IMG/VR virus record: IMGVR_UViG_3300037510_000343
Strand: one strand, 5' to 3'
DNA: 64,000 nt
Source of the DNA: a virus
Shown here: positions 10,789 through 22,274 of the stretch, in pieces
Layout of the letters: the number at the start of each line of letters is the position of its first letter
How positions within the stretch are numbered: the stretch's first letter is position 1
Made by a program: the position numbers and the translations under genes
Notes under the pieces: model-generated
What the model was told of the DNA's origin: nothing
Database searches by the model: none
What the model saw: the letters and a program-made list of their open reading frames with translations, nothing else

Positions 10789-11125
10789 GCATTAAAATTC
10801 CTTACCTATACAAGAGAAAGCAATGCAGACATCTAGGTACAACGGGCTAACAGTCGGTAATTCTTTTTACGGGGATCGCCACATAAGTTTTGTACATCCA
10901 GATCTCCCGGAAGGGTTCACACTAGATTGTGCCAGATGGCATGTGTCTCAAAAGAATCCAGGAGTAATACTGTACAAAGCCAAAGGCAAGCGGTTGATAG
11001 TTGCGGTGAAAGACAACACAATTTTCGATGGCGAAAATTGGGACATGTACGGGCGTGAGTATTTCTATGCTCAAGAAAATATTGAGCAACGTTGGCAGTA
11101 AACACATCTTGTCCCAGGAGATAGT

Positions 11126-11290
11126 ATGCGAGTAATTGGTTTTCTAGTTATTGGTGCGATTTTGGTTGGAAGTACGGTAGTACATTATTCTCAACGTGAG
11201 ATAGTGACAGCCAAGGTAGTAGATACGCAGGTGAAGTGAGTTAGTAGTAATTCAGATCGATACATCGTATCCGTTAGTAGCTGTAAATAA
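11126..11290 (+). pseudogene. truncated membrane-anchored protein gene with in-frame TGA
   Basis: AGGAG RBS; translates MRVIGFLVIGAILVG...TAKVVDTQVK*VSSNSDRYIVS, with TGA at 11237. Confidence 0.4.
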
Positions 11291-11291
11291 A

Positions 11292-11642
11292 ATGGAAGAC
11301 ATTTACTTGACTCCAGAAAAAGCTCAAGCACTAGCAAATGGACTTGATAAAGCTAGTCCGTTGAAAGTAGTTTGCGTGACTACTTACTTGCTGGTAGATA
11401 CTCGTGAACGAGAATTACAACCTACTGAGATACCTTTGCCTAAAACTCCTAGTACCGTACCAGTAGAGTATCGAGATTATTGGCGGATTCTAAATAAGAA
11501 TCAATTTAGCCCCGAAGTAAAGATTCCATTAATTAAGTTGATTCGTTTTTTGAGTAAGCTAGATCTGCGGGCTAGTAAGGAAATAGCCGATTATCTTTGC
11601 AAAGACAGAAACGATTACTTTGAGGAGTTGAAAAGCAAATAA
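11292..11642 (+). CDS. protein with a ribosomal L7/L12 C-terminal-like motif
   Basis: KIPLIKLIRFLSKLDLRASKEIAD resembles KI.VIK.VR..TGLGLKEAKDLV; N-terminus is paralogous to 18238. Confidence 0.5.
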   Translation: MEDIYLTPEKAQALANGLDKASPLKVVCVTTYLLVDTRERELQPTEIPLPKTPSTVPVEYRDYWRILNKNQFSPEVKIPLIKLIRFLSKLDLRASKEIADYLCKDRNDYFEELKSK

Positions 11643-11865
11643 ACAACCAAGGAGGGCTAAAAGGGTATTGTTTTAGCTTTTCTGATGACCATATCTTGCA
11701 GCAGTTTGCTCGAAATTTAGTGGATATCACTTGCCCTAGTTTAGATGAAGAAAAATTGGAGCAACTAGTTGAGCTAATAATTCCAAATAACAACTAGATT
11801 GTACGGGGAGGCTTCTCCCCACTAGAGTCTAGTACTCAAAACTTTACCATACAGAGGTTTTTCTT

Positions 11866-13848
11866 ATGGAGTTTAGACAATTCAAGCAGCAAGTACATCG
11901 CTCTTTCGATGCATTAGGGTTAGATCAATCACATTTGTACTACACAGATATTACCAAGGACGAATTGTGGAACGCCTACATTAATTCGTTCCCCCCAGCA
12001 ACCCGCCAAGAACATAACTGCAATGCTTGTCGGCAGTTCGTTAAAAACTATGGAAATATAGTATCAATTACCTCAGACTACGAGGTAAAAACATTCTGGG
12101 ATTTTGCTATTGACGACCCAGAATACCAACAAGTCGCAAATGCAATGGCTGAGTTGGTGTTATCAAAGCCAATCGTTGGAGTATTTATTCCAACACAGGC
12201 GAAGCTAGGTACGGATTACAACTTCGAGACCCCAACATTAAGGTGGGAACACCTGTTTTATCAGCTACCCGCTCGGTTTATCGGACGAGTAAGTCGAGAC
12301 GAGGTAGAGCTTAAGAAGTCTGAGTACCGGGACAATAAGAACGTATTCAAACGTTCATTGGAAGAATTAACACTAGCTTCTGTTGGAACAGTGCTGGAGC
12401 TTATTAACGATCCTGAAGTAAACCTTTATCGAGGTGTAGAATTTAAACCTCTACTAGAATCTTTTGAGCGACACTTAGTTAGTTTTGGGGAAACCCCAAC
12501 TGAATTGCGAGATAACTATTGTTGGTATTGGGCAACTAAATCTAATCCTGTTACTCGTATCCGTAATATGTCAATTGGCACTTTACTCATTGATTTAAGT
12601 AACGATGTCAACTTAGATGTGGCTATCCGCAAGTTTGAATCACTGATGGACTCAACTAAATATCGTCGCCCTAATAGTCCAGTTATCTCATCGAGGATGA
12701 TTCAGGATGCGAATAAGATAATCAGCGAGCTAGGACTAACCTCAGCATTGAAGCGACGGTTTGCTACTCTCGACGATGTTCCGGTTACTAATATGTTGTG
12801 GGTCAACCGCAACGGTAGTACCCCCGATGTTTTTGGGCAGCTTCAGAAAGATTTGGTCGTGAATCCTAAGTCACTAAAGGCTCAGGAAGTTTCATTAACT
12901 CAGTTTGTGACGAATGTGTTACCCGTGGCGGAAGGCATTGAAGTATTGGTTGAGAACCGCCATACTTCAAACCTGGTTAGTCTTTTCACTGAGACCGAAA
13001 CAAATAGCGGTTCTCTGTTCAAGTGGGATAATCCTTTTAGTTGGTGTTATCGTGAGGGCCTTGCGGACTCACTAAAGGAAAAAGTAAAGAGTGCTGGAGG
13101 GAAAGTTGAAGGCAAGTTAAGGATTAGTCTTGAGTGGTACAACACAGATGACCTTGACCTTCATGTACTCGAATCAAACGGGGCACATATCTACTTTGGT
13201 AACAAGAAAAGTTATTACACTTACGGGGAGCTTGATGTTGACCAGAATGTGAATGGAGAGACCCGTACTCCTGTAGAGAATGTTATCTATCCTTACAACA
13301 GCACCCTAATAGATGGGGAGTACAAGGTGGTAGTTAACAACTACACTCACCGGGAGAACAAAGATGTGGGGTTTCGTGTGGAGGTTGAATACGAGGGGGA
13401 AATCTATGAGTTCACTTACGATGTATCGCCGGCATACAAACGGAATACTGATGTTGTTAGTTTCACTGTAACTAAAGAACAAGTAAAATTAAACGCACAA
13501 TCTACTGGAAAAGTAAACAGTAAAAATGTGTGGGGAATTAACACTAACAAATTCTATCCCGTTAATGCAGTAATGTGGTCTCCAAATTACTGGAACAATA
13601 ATGGTGTAGGTAACAAGCATCTAATCCTCGGGATTAATGAGGCTAAAAACAATGAGCCGGTAAGAGCACTATTTAATGAGTTCTTAAGGGCGGATTTGAA
13701 TAAGCATAGTAAAGTGTTTGAGACTTTAGCCAGTAAGCTAGTAGTACCTTATTGTGATGATCAACTAAGCGGTTTGGGCTTTAGCACAACAATGAAAAAT
13801 GATTTTGTTGTACGAGCTAATAGTAGATTAATCAAAGTAGTTGTTTAA
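11866..13848 (+). CDS. large conserved-type phage protein with HNCNAC motif and a YfaP/DUF2135-like DLDLHV domain
   Basis: QEHNCNACRQFV, W.NTDDLDLHV, GELDVDQN, PVENV motifs. Confidence 0.65.
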   Translation: MEFRQFKQQVHRSFDALGLDQSHLYYTDITKDELWNAYINSFPPATRQEHNCNACRQFVKNYGNIVSITSDYEVKTFWDFAIDDPEYQQVANAMAELVLSKPIVGVFIPTQAKLGTDYNFETPTLRWEHLFYQLPARFIGRVSRDEVELKKSEYRDNKNVFKRSLEELTLASVGTVLELINDPEVNLYRGVEFKPLLESFERHLVSFGETPTELRDNYCWYWATKSNPVTRIRNMSIGTLLIDLSNDVNLDVAIRKFESLMDSTKYRRPNSPVISSRMIQDANKIISELGLTSALKRRFATLDDVPVTNMLWVNRNGSTPDVFGQLQKDLVVNPKSLKAQEVSLTQFVTNVLPVAEGIEVLVENRHTSNLVSLFTETETNSGSLFKWDNPFSWCYREGLADSLKEKVKSAGGKVEGKLRISLEWYNTDDLDLHVLESNGAHIYFGNKKSYYTYGELDVDQNVNGETRTPVENVIYPYNSTLIDGEYKVVVNNYTHRENKDVGFRVEVEYEGEIYEFTYDVSPAYKRNTDVVSFTVTKEQVKLNAQSTGKVNSKNVWGINTNKFYPVNAVMWSPNYWNNNGVGNKHLILGINEAKNNEPVRALFNEFLRADLNKHSKVFETLASKLVVPYCDDQLSGLGFSTTMKNDFVVRANSRLIKVVV

Positions 13849-13863
13849 CTAAGGAAAAACATC

Positions 13864-14244
13864 ATGGAATTATTTGCACAAGCCACTAAACAACGTTTAC
13901 GGTTTAAGTCCAACAAAGTAGCGGGTAACTTAAGCGTTGAAGATTTATGGCGGTTAGACTTAGATCCGCTAAATCATTTAGCAGTAGAGCTGGTTAAGGA
14001 ATTAGAAAGCCAACAAATTAGCTTTATAGATGATGTAAAAACGGACAAGGTTACGCAGCTAAAATTCGATGTAGTTAAATACATCATTGACTTCCGTAAG
14101 CAAGAGTTAGCTAATCGTCAGTTAGCGCAAGAAACGGCTACATACAAACAGCAATTGATGGAACTAAGGTATCAAAAAGAAAAAGAGCAAATGCAGCAAA
14201 TGTCTATTGCAGAAATTGACAAAAAGTTGGCTGAACTTGAGTAA
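13864..14244 (+). CDS. conserved-type phage coiled-coil protein (partner of the upstream gene)
   Basis: LF..AT..RLRF.S..G.LSVEDLW.L pattern; adjacent to 11866. Confidence 0.65.
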   Translation: MELFAQATKQRLRFKSNKVAGNLSVEDLWRLDLDPLNHLAVELVKELESQQISFIDDVKTDKVTQLKFDVVKYIIDFRKQELANRQLAQETATYKQQLMELRYQKEKEQMQQMSIAEIDKKLAELE

Positions 14245-14255
14245 GTAGCAGTGGA

Positions 14256-14289
14256 GTCCGAAATAACAAGATCTCTATTTATTTCGGAC
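14256..14289. repeat. inverted pair of the dispersed motif (terminator-like)
   Basis: GTCCGAAATAACAAG-ATCT-CTATTTATTTCGGAC followed by a T-rich tract. Confidence 0.9.
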
Positions 14290-14341
14290 TTCCTTTGTTT
14301 TGGGTGCATCTCATTTATTAATTTAATTAAAAGGAAAAACA

Positions 14342-15079
14342 ATGACTGAATTTAACTTGGATTTAGCAAAACAATTAAGTAGTTCTAAAGATGAATTCCC
14401 TGTCAATTTCGAGCAAGCTTATGTGTGGTTAGAATATTCGAGAAAAGATGTAGCTAAAAGAGCGTTTCTTAATGCGGGATTTATTGAGGGTGTAGATTTT
14501 GTCTCACTCCGCAGAAGTGTGGAGCGAGAAATTGGTGCAACTTCTGTGGAAGAAATTAAGCTAACTATTGACTGTTTTAAACAATGGGGTATGTTGTGTG
14601 GCAATGATAAAGGAAAACAAATTCGCCGCTACTTTATTGAGTGTGAAAAGATTGCTAAGCAAGTAGTTAGCATTCCGCAAGAAGTATTGCAGTTTATGCA
14701 GACGATGCAACTAGAGATGACTTTGTTACGAGAGCGAACAGAGAAACTAGATCAAGTACAAGCTGAAAACCTAGCACTAACCACTGAATTAACAGCGAGT
14801 AATACTCATCTTCAATTGTTAGATCAAGCGGGTTACGAGCACAAAGGGTGTCACAACATTATTAATCAAGCTGTTGTTGAACCAAAACAAAAATTGTACA
14901 CAGCGTATAAGTTCTTAGATGTAAATGGGTATGATACGGGTTTTGCTAACGTATTAGCGAGAAGAACCGCGGCTTTTTACCGTACTAGCAAAAAAGTAGA
15001 ACCCCACCGTGATGCAGATAATAATCTTCTGTTTGAAGAGAGTTATTTAGATGAAGTATACGAGGCACTAAAGCAATGA
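14342..15079 (+). CDS. antirepressor-like (AntA/KilA-type N-domain) DNA-binding protein
   Basis: FPVNFEQAYVWLEYSRKD.AK, GFIEGVDF, LTIDCFK, KGKQIRRYFIECEK. Confidence 0.75.
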   Translation: MTEFNLDLAKQLSSSKDEFPVNFEQAYVWLEYSRKDVAKRAFLNAGFIEGVDFVSLRRSVEREIGATSVEEIKLTIDCFKQWGMLCGNDKGKQIRRYFIECEKIAKQVVSIPQEVLQFMQTMQLEMTLLRERTEKLDQVQAENLALTTELTASNTHLQLLDQAGYEHKGCHNIINQAVVEPKQKLYTAYKFLDVNGYDTGFANVLARRTAAFYRTSKKVEPHRDADNNLLFEESYLDEVYEALKQ

Positions 15080-15256
15080 AAAGAAAAGACATTAGTAAGA
15101 TGTCTAGCAAGGATATTGCCCTATATTACGAGGCGTTGATTTAAATAAAGAATCCATCTAATGATGCAGAACAAGCCTTATTGGAGATTCTACATAAAGC
15201 ATCTTTTGACAGGGAATTAAGTAACTTATTGCAAATAGTAGATAGTAGGTTATCGC

Positions 15257-18200
15257 ATGGAAGCTAATATTGATGTTAAAAGTCCAACTACCCTACTGAT
15301 TAGTTTTAGTAATACACCAGATAGCACCGTTATTAGCGCTATTAAAGGATTGCTTAACGTAACCGTATTAAAGAGTACTAACACCAGCTATTTAGTTAGT
15401 AGTAATACTGTTACTTTACGGGTCTTACTACAAAAGATTGTAATGACCTTGGCTTTTCAAGGTGTTACTTGCTTATGTCCTAATATGGGGGGTTTCGAGT
15501 GAAATTATTTAGTAACGAAGTCCACTTAAGGACTGACAGGCATCTACTGCATATTTATTTCAGACAAGTACCAAGCTTTCAACTCGAACGAGAAATTTGG
15601 AAGTTATCGAATGCCCCCGGATTTGATGGATGGCAAGAAGAAGGAAGATATTTTGTTATCTCAAAACCTACTGATGTTTCTTGGGACACAGTAATAAGTC
15701 ATCTAACAAAAGTTTTCAGTACCCATAGTTTAAACACAAAACTACTATGAACAACACAAATCCTAAATTAGTACAAGCTCAAGAGTTATTAAGTAAAGCA
15801 ATATTTCGAGAGTATCCCGGTGAAACGTTTCCAGAGTATGTACAAGAAGCTACGAAGCTAATCTATGAGGCATCTGTGGAAGACTCCAAAGAACAGTTAA
15901 AGCAAATGGTTGCAGATCAAGTCACAAAACTAACACGGCAACTAATAGTAGACGAAGCTTTGCGGAATGCTTTTCTGGGATCTGAAGAAGATTTCTAAGC
16001 TCCCTCTCACACTTAGCATTTTGGTCAAAGCTAGTGGACTAAGAGTAGTGGTTGAATAACATGGCAACATTCGACTTGAGTAATGGATCGAAACCTAATC
16101 AAGACCCTTATATTTTGTGGCAGCAGCTAGCAACAAGAGTCCGAAACAACCAGCAATACAACGGAATAGTTACCGTATCTGTAACGCCAGCAGGACTCCA
16201 AGTGCAGTTTGAGGGGTCTACTAAGTTGTACAACTACAAAGACAAGAAAGCAATCGCCAGGTTACTGTCAAAGGTTGACGCTGAGTGGTGGCTTAATCTA
16301 CCTTTTTAGGTAGAGAAGTTTATGTGAGGATGAGATGCCACCAAGTTGTTGTCACTGCGGTAGTTGCACATTGCGATTCGTAAAACAATACGTAACTACC
16401 GCAGTTTTTATTGTCTACGCATGTAGTAAATGCAATAAACGTACTACGGTTAGTGAGACAAAGAAATGATAATAGGGATTGAGGTAATCGCAGCAGTTCC
16501 AGCCAAAAGAATAAAAGCAAGGTATTTAGCTCATGATGGATCAACCACGTGGCTTCTCAATGAAGCCAAGCAGTTTTCTTCATTGGAAGCTGCTGAGAAA
16601 TATGCCGAAATAAGTGGCGGAAAGGCTAAAGAGTTACCTGACATTAGCGAGGAAACTACTTTTGGTTAAGCTACAACCATCTATTGCTGGGGGATGTTTT
16701 ATAGCCGAGAGTTCCCCTGGAGATTACGCACTAATGCGGAGAGTGTTGGTTGCTATGTCTCAATTAGGAAAGATTAAGATTAGTCTGTTGTCTGAGATGT
16801 TAGTTAACCGTAGCCAGCCGAACTACATCTTGGACGATTATCCTAGGTGTGGTAATAGTGTCCAGATTGTTGCTTGGAAAAGTGGAGCTAAAACTCCACC
16901 AGAAATAAAGGGGTTAGCGACAACGGTGGCTAATGAATTAAAGCAGTTTGGGTTACAAGTAGTAGTTCAGCTTTAAGCAGTAAGTGTTTAAGGGTATTGG
17001 TAGTTGAGGCTATTAATGCCCTTATTTTTTGTACAAATTAAGGAGATTAAAATGTTCGAGATTAACACAAGTAATTCTCAAGGCTTCATCACACAATGGT
17101 GGTGGCAAATACAGACTAATTGGATAGATGAATTTGAACAAAGGGTAGCTAAAGTTATGATGCTTAAAAAGAAAGAGGAAGAGCGCAAACAATTTTTTCT
17201 ACACCTAGGCAGGTTAAATTGTGTGCCAAAGTTAGTGCATTGTCCGAAAACAAATAGAAGTGTTTTGGTAGTACCTTTAGTTAACTTGCTAAAGGTTGGT
17301 TTGTTAAATAGACAAGGAAAGTTACCTGCTAAATACGTTATCAAAAAAACGTATCTACGAGGTATCGAGGAAAAAGAAGTAGTAGTGCCTTACATAAGGT
17401 TGAGTTATGTTAAAAGATTAGTTAGTGCATCGAATGGAAGACCTAAATCTTTAGTTGCCTAAATTACTTATGGTCAACAAGATTGAACTAGCAATAGACA
17501 AAGTGGAAGAAACTTTGTACCAAGAGTTGCGTATAGTAATTCCTGGATACAAAATGCCCGTACTTTTAGATGCTTTGAATACTGGTAAAGTCTTCAAATC
17601 AACCAAGGAAAATCTTGAAATTCAAGTGTGGTTAGATAATAATCACTACCCACACTGGATGTATTTGCAAGTTCGCGACAACAGCAACAGAGAACTTTTA
17701 GTTAATAAATCTTTCCCGTTATGAAACTAGTCCTGAAAGTCCGCCACACTCCATATTATTTCAGCGCGAATACAGAGACAGGATTAACTAAGTCCGCAAA
17801 TAAAGCAACTAATGTCAACATTGGACATGTACTTAGCAATCGCCCAGAATTGTTAGACTACATGGAATTTTACGTTATTGAGCGTCGTGGCGCTACACCT
17901 ACACCATTAGTTGGGTTGAAGAAATTGTCAGATAACAAAGTACCCCAAATACCTCAAGTAGATATTGACCCCCACTCGGACGACATGTTATTTGTGTTAT
18001 CTCGCAAGCCAGGAGATACCGTATACGAAAACTTCACTTCAGGTAACTCCAAGGAATACCGACAGGACATCGTTAAAGATGTGCAGATTGACCAAAACGG
18101 GGAATACAGATCGGGTGTAATGGTGAGCTTAGTAGGTTATCCCGAACCAATCGACGCGGGATATATTTCCGCCGAGCCTAAGTAGAGCACCTATTTATTT

Positions 18201-18585
18201 CGGACTCTGCACTCATTACAAAGTTAGAGGAAAACTAATGCAAGACTTATATCTTACAGAAGAACAAGCATTAGAGCTACAAAAAAGCTTGAAAGAAGGA
18301 GGATTGTTACAAGTTACAGTACAGAAGGTATACCGGTTAGTTAATCTAAAAGATCGGCAACTTTTGGAGAACGAAGAGTTGTTGAGCTGGGTGCAGACAC
18401 AAAAAAAGAATTCACAGATAAGCGAAACTTGGGAAATTGAGAATAATTTAATTGCAGAGCTGTCTGACAATGATTTTACGGATGAACTGCGTTACCAGCT
18501 TCAGTCTGTAATATCTATAGTTACAGAGGGAAGATTGTCCCAACAGCAAGCAAAGGAATTAGCTACCTTAATCATCCAACTTTAA
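15257..18585 (+). other. cluster of small hypothetical CDSs (15257, 15499, 15747, 16052, 16466, 16614, 17004, 17455, 17721, 18238)
   Basis: Tightly packed co-oriented ORFs, many with overlapping stop/start codons. Confidence 0.6.
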
Positions 18586-18717
18586 TATGGCACAATGCCC
18601 GCACTGTAGTGGGACACTAACGTTCATAGGTATTATTACGTTGTACTCAAAAAAATACCGTGACCATTGGTGTCCCACTTGCAAGAAAAATATCGCGTTA
18701 TCTGTTGAGGGGAGATA

Positions 18718-18942
18718 ATGACTATCAAGATACTACATAGTCCAGATTCGCAAGTACTTAAGTTTGCTGTGTTTGATCGAGAGCAATACAAGCTTCATGC
18801 TTTTATTGGAGAAAAGTATTATTGCTACTTTGGGATTACGAACTTAGTCTGGACTGAATTATTTGAGGCTGAATCGAAAGGGGTATACTTTAACACCCGC
18901 ATTAAGAACCGTTATCAATTTAAGGAAATTACAATACTGTAA
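18718..18942 (+). CDS. KTSC domain protein
   Basis: Y.YFGI...VW.ELFEAESKG.YFN.RIKN.Y signature. Confidence 0.8.
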   Translation: MTIKILHSPDSQVLKFAVFDREQYKLHAFIGEKYYCYFGITNLVWTELFEAESKGVYFNTRIKNRYQFKEITIL

Positions 18943-18969
18943 CAATTAGTCGCGCTGAATAATAGCAGA

Positions 18970-19002
18970 GTCCGAAATAAATAGACCTTTATTATTTCGG
19001 AC
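18970..19002. repeat. inverted pair of the dispersed motif
   Basis: GTCCGAAATAAATAG-ACC-TTTATTATTTCGGAC. Confidence 0.9.
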
Positions 19003-19529
19003 TTGTTCAAGGAGGGTTAATGCAACCAGTCTATGTTATTTATTACTCCGATCATTGTGCATACCCCGCTAACTTCGAGGATGGTTGGGTAACTATTAAA
19101 GGAGTTTACTTTTCTAGGGAGTTAGCAGAAAAAGAATTTGCGAAGTTATCCGAGAAAGATCCAGGGTATTATTTTATGCAAGCCACAGTGCTAGATAGCG
19201 GGAGTGCTAATGAAGACTTACCTATACATAGCTAGTATTGCCGTTACCAAAAACGGAGGCAATACCATAATCACCTTTCCGATCGTGGGTCATGTTGACG
19301 CATTTAACAGTCTTACTCATTTTGGAGACAAAATTAGACAAGTATTACAAACTAGGGACGATTATACTTCGTCAGATTTTTTAGCTAATCTTACTTACGT
19401 TTGTGTTGAGGAAAATAATGCGGTAATAATTCTACGGGAGTTAATTATCAGCATTAATAACATGATAGCCGGTAAAGCGGTTGGATTTAATTAGTTAGTT
19501 TAGGTAGTGTAGTAAAAAGGAAAAGTAAT

Positions 19530-20438
19530 ATGACTAATCACAGTAACTCACTACCTAAACTAGGATTATGTTGTTTAACTAGTGATGGGGTTATTTCGTA
19601 TAAGACTATCACCAAGAAACGATTTGATAGTCTTAGTGATAAAGATAAATACACAGCCTTAGCTAAGATTTACAAAGCCAACATTGATATGTTTGTTAGT
19701 GCAATTAACTACTGTGCTACTAACGACATTAAAATGTATCGCGTTACCAGTCATTTGTTTCCGTTTTATGAAACAGAAATAGGGGTATCTATTTTAGCTA
19801 CGTTATCTAATGAACTCAAGACAATAGGTAATACCGCTAAAACTCTAGATATTAGAGTTGTTATGCATCCCGATCAGTGGGTTGTATTAAGCTCTGATTC
19901 GTCCGAAACAATAAGTAGGTCTGTTGACGAATTAATACATCACGCTATCATGTTCGACCTAATGGGTTTTAGTCGAACTCATTTTAATCTACTTAATGTG
20001 CATGGAGGTAAACGCGGTAATTCAACAACATTAATTAAGGTAATAAACGACTTACCGCACAGAATTAAAAGTAGATTAACACTGGAAAATGATGAACGCT
20101 GTTACTCAACTAAGGAGTTATTCAAAGTACACGAACTAACTAATGTGCCAATACTTTTTGATTTTCATCATTCATTAGTCAACAATAAACTGTGTAGTTA
20201 CAACCATCGAATTATTAAGCAGGAGTTTGAACTTGCAAAATCAACGTGGGGCAACTCTACGGATGTTACTACTCATATTAGTAATGGAACTACTGGTTTG
20301 CTTGACAGTCGTCATTCTGACTATATTACTAATTTCCCAGAGGTTATGTTAGACGCTCCTTGGGTAGAGGTCGAAGCACGAAGTAAAGAACTAGCATTAA
20401 GGCAATTAGAAAATGATTTAGAAAACTACTATGCTTAA
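19530..20438 (+). CDS. uvsE: UV DNA damage endonuclease
   Basis: LGLCC, YRVTS.LFP, MHPDQWVVLSS, NVHGG, RLTLENDE, FDFHH, HSDYI, VEARSKE. Confidence 0.92.
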   Translation: MTNHSNSLPKLGLCCLTSDGVISYKTITKKRFDSLSDKDKYTALAKIYKANIDMFVSAINYCATNDIKMYRVTSHLFPFYETEIGVSILATLSNELKTIGNTAKTLDIRVVMHPDQWVVLSSDSSETISRSVDELIHHAIMFDLMGFSRTHFNLLNVHGGKRGNSTTLIKVINDLPHRIKSRLTLENDERCYSTKELFKVHELTNVPILFDFHHSLVNNKLCSYNHRIIKQEFELAKSTWGNSTDVTTHISNGTTGLLDSRHSDYITNFPEVMLDAPWVEVEARSKELALRQLENDLENYYA

Positions 20439-21080
20439 AACTCACGAAGAATTATTCAAGGGCGAATACGGAACCCACAACGAAGTCGAACCTTTTGTGG
20501 GTTCAATTCAACGCACGGGCAATTGCACTTACTATGTGCAGTCTGACGAAACATTAGGCTTGTTTGTTATCCCTCACAACATGGATATAAACAAAAAGCA
20601 TTTACATTTACAAGTTCAGGGTAGTGCCACATTAGGTGGTGCTCGTGGTTGGACAGGCAAAGTTAACAATTTGCAGATAACTTACGTGTAACAACATGGA
20701 ACAACAAATAATTTATAACACCGCCGCTGGTATTTACGTACTGGTGGCGGTTTGGTATTGGGGAAGTGTATTCTCTCATGTCATCAAAGATCCCGCACTG
20801 AACACCGTCGATAAAGCAGGCAGTATATTCCTGGCTACTATTTTTGCCCCGTGCTGGCTAATAGTGGCGATATTGATGTTTGTATTAATCATCCTGGAAG
20901 ATAATTGGTACAACGATTGAGGTTTTCTTTCTTAGTTTAGGCAGGTAGTCATGGGTATAATAGTAGTCACCCCTAGTATCTCTGCGTTTGTGCAACAGTT
21001 AGCTAGATTCCACAAGATACCCCCACAGACCCTCATTGAAGCCCATGGAGGGTTAGTCCCATTATTAGAGGACTACGGTT

Positions 21081-21425
21081 ATGACGACGATTAATGTATC
21101 CCACAAAGGTCAAAATTTTCAACTTGTGATTGCACGTCGCCCAATCACGCTGGAGTTTTTGTATCGAGTATGCCAAGGTGCATACAACATCTCATTGTTT
21201 GAGTATGTCCGAAACAATCAGGGTGATGAGGATTCGCCGTACCACATCGAGGGATTGCGCGACTTTTGGCTAACAGCATTAAGCCCCGACCAAGACATTC
21301 TGGTGAGTCCTTCACCAGGGGAGTCCCTATTATTTTCGGACTTCTTAGTTCCCCTTATCGGCTACAAGCCAGAACTTTGGACACCTGAGCAAGTGTTCGA
21401 GTTGTTTCTTTCTCAGACCGCTTGA
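21081..21425 (+). CDS. hypothetical protein directly upstream of the Ubl operon
   Basis: 114-aa ORF with a GAGG RBS. Confidence 0.6.
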   Translation: MTTINVSHKGQNFQLVIARRPITLEFLYRVCQGAYNISLFEYVRNNQGDEDSPYHIEGLRDFWLTALSPDQDILVSPSPGESLLFSDFLVPLIGYKPELWTPEQVFELFLSQTA

Positions 21426-21457
21426 TTTGTTTTCTTTGCACTTTACTAAGTAACATC

Positions 21458-21811
21458 ATGTCTAATTTCTTTTCTCGCTTTGTTAACAACCTTGTCGGTA
21501 ATCAGTCTGCTGTCACTCCCGAAGTTGAGGCTCAACTTCCGGTTGAAACCGTGGGTGTGGATACCGTAGGTGTCACAGAAGACACGGTAACTCTCCAAGC
21601 CAACATTGGGCTTCGCACTATCGAGCTGAGTGTATCCCCCAATACGACTTATCGAGAAATCATTAAGTTAGCCCAGGCGCAAGTGCCCGGTATGAACGTT
21701 GCCGAGGTTACTGTTCTGAATATTGATAACAATCAAATTGTTCAGAACTTAGATCAGCCAGTCACCGCATCGCGTGTTTCGCTCGAAAGTACTGCTGGCA
21801 CTGCTGGCTAG
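21458..21811 (+). CDS. ubiquitin-like (beta-grasp) protein 1
   Basis: Start inferred at ATG 21458 from identity with paralogue 2 (MSNFFSRFVN). Beta-grasp-like pattern VTLQANIG..TIELSV.PNTTYREII...; ends STAGTAG; lies upstream of JAB/E2/E1. Confidence 0.7.
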   Translation: MSNFFSRFVNNLVGNQSAVTPEVEAQLPVETVGVDTVGVTEDTVTLQANIGLRTIELSVSPNTTYREIIKLAQAQVPGMNVAEVTVLNIDNNQIVQNLDQPVTASRVSLESTAGTAG

Positions 21812-21835
21812 AATCTCTGCATTGAGTTGTCTGGG

Positions 21836-21863
21836 GGAGGGTACCAATATCCTCCTTTTCTTT
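21836..21863 (+). terminator. intrinsic terminator after Ubl-1
   Basis: GGAGGGTA-CCAA-TATCCTCC followed by TTTTCTTT. Confidence 0.65.
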
Positions 21864-21891
21864 GTCCACTATTACCTAAAACACAAATATC

Positions 21892-22254
21892 ATGTCTAAC
21901 AACTTTTTCTCTCGCTTCGTTAACAAATTCTCCAACAACAACTCTGCTGAAACTTTAATTGGTGTGGAGTCTGTTACGGCAGAAGTTAGTTCTACTTCCT
22001 CAGAAACCTCGGACACTATTAACGTGAAGGTTCGCTATCGTCTTCGCAGTGAAGAGTTTTCCGTAAAAGCCGGGACAAAAATGTCGGAGCTTTTCCGTTT
22101 GGTCACAAAACGGTTTTCAATTGGTAATCTCGAAACCGTTAGTGTCCTCAACGAAGAGACTAACAATGTTCAAAGCTACTCAGAAGTTGCGGACGAAGAA
22201 ATCACCGAGGAACAGTCCATTTCTGTTGAGGATACATCTGGCACTGCTGGTTGA
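21892..22254 (+). CDS. ubiquitin-like (beta-grasp) protein 2
   Basis: INVKVRY...SEEFSVKAGTKMSELFRLV..RF pattern is SUMO/Ub-like; ends TSGTAG. Confidence 0.72.
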   Translation: MSNNFFSRFVNKFSNNNSAETLIGVESVTAEVSSTSSETSDTINVKVRYRLRSEEFSVKAGTKMSELFRLVTKRFSIGNLETVSVLNEETNNVQSYSEVADEEITEEQSISVEDTSGTAG

Positions 22255-22274
22255 TTAATGGTTGAGTAAATTCG

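Larger units (their letters stand above)
8330..11101 (+). other. cluster of small hypothetical early-type CDSs (8330, 8748, 9175, 9556, 9935, 10089, 10502, 10823)
   Basis: Co-oriented short ORFs, several with GGAG/GAGG ribosome-binding sites. Confidence 0.6.

Noticed and set aside
15257..15750. Nfu/NifU N-terminal-like domain in 15499 (FVISKPTDVSWDTVI)
   Set aside because: The resemblance is limited to one short segment, which is not enough without an HMM search.
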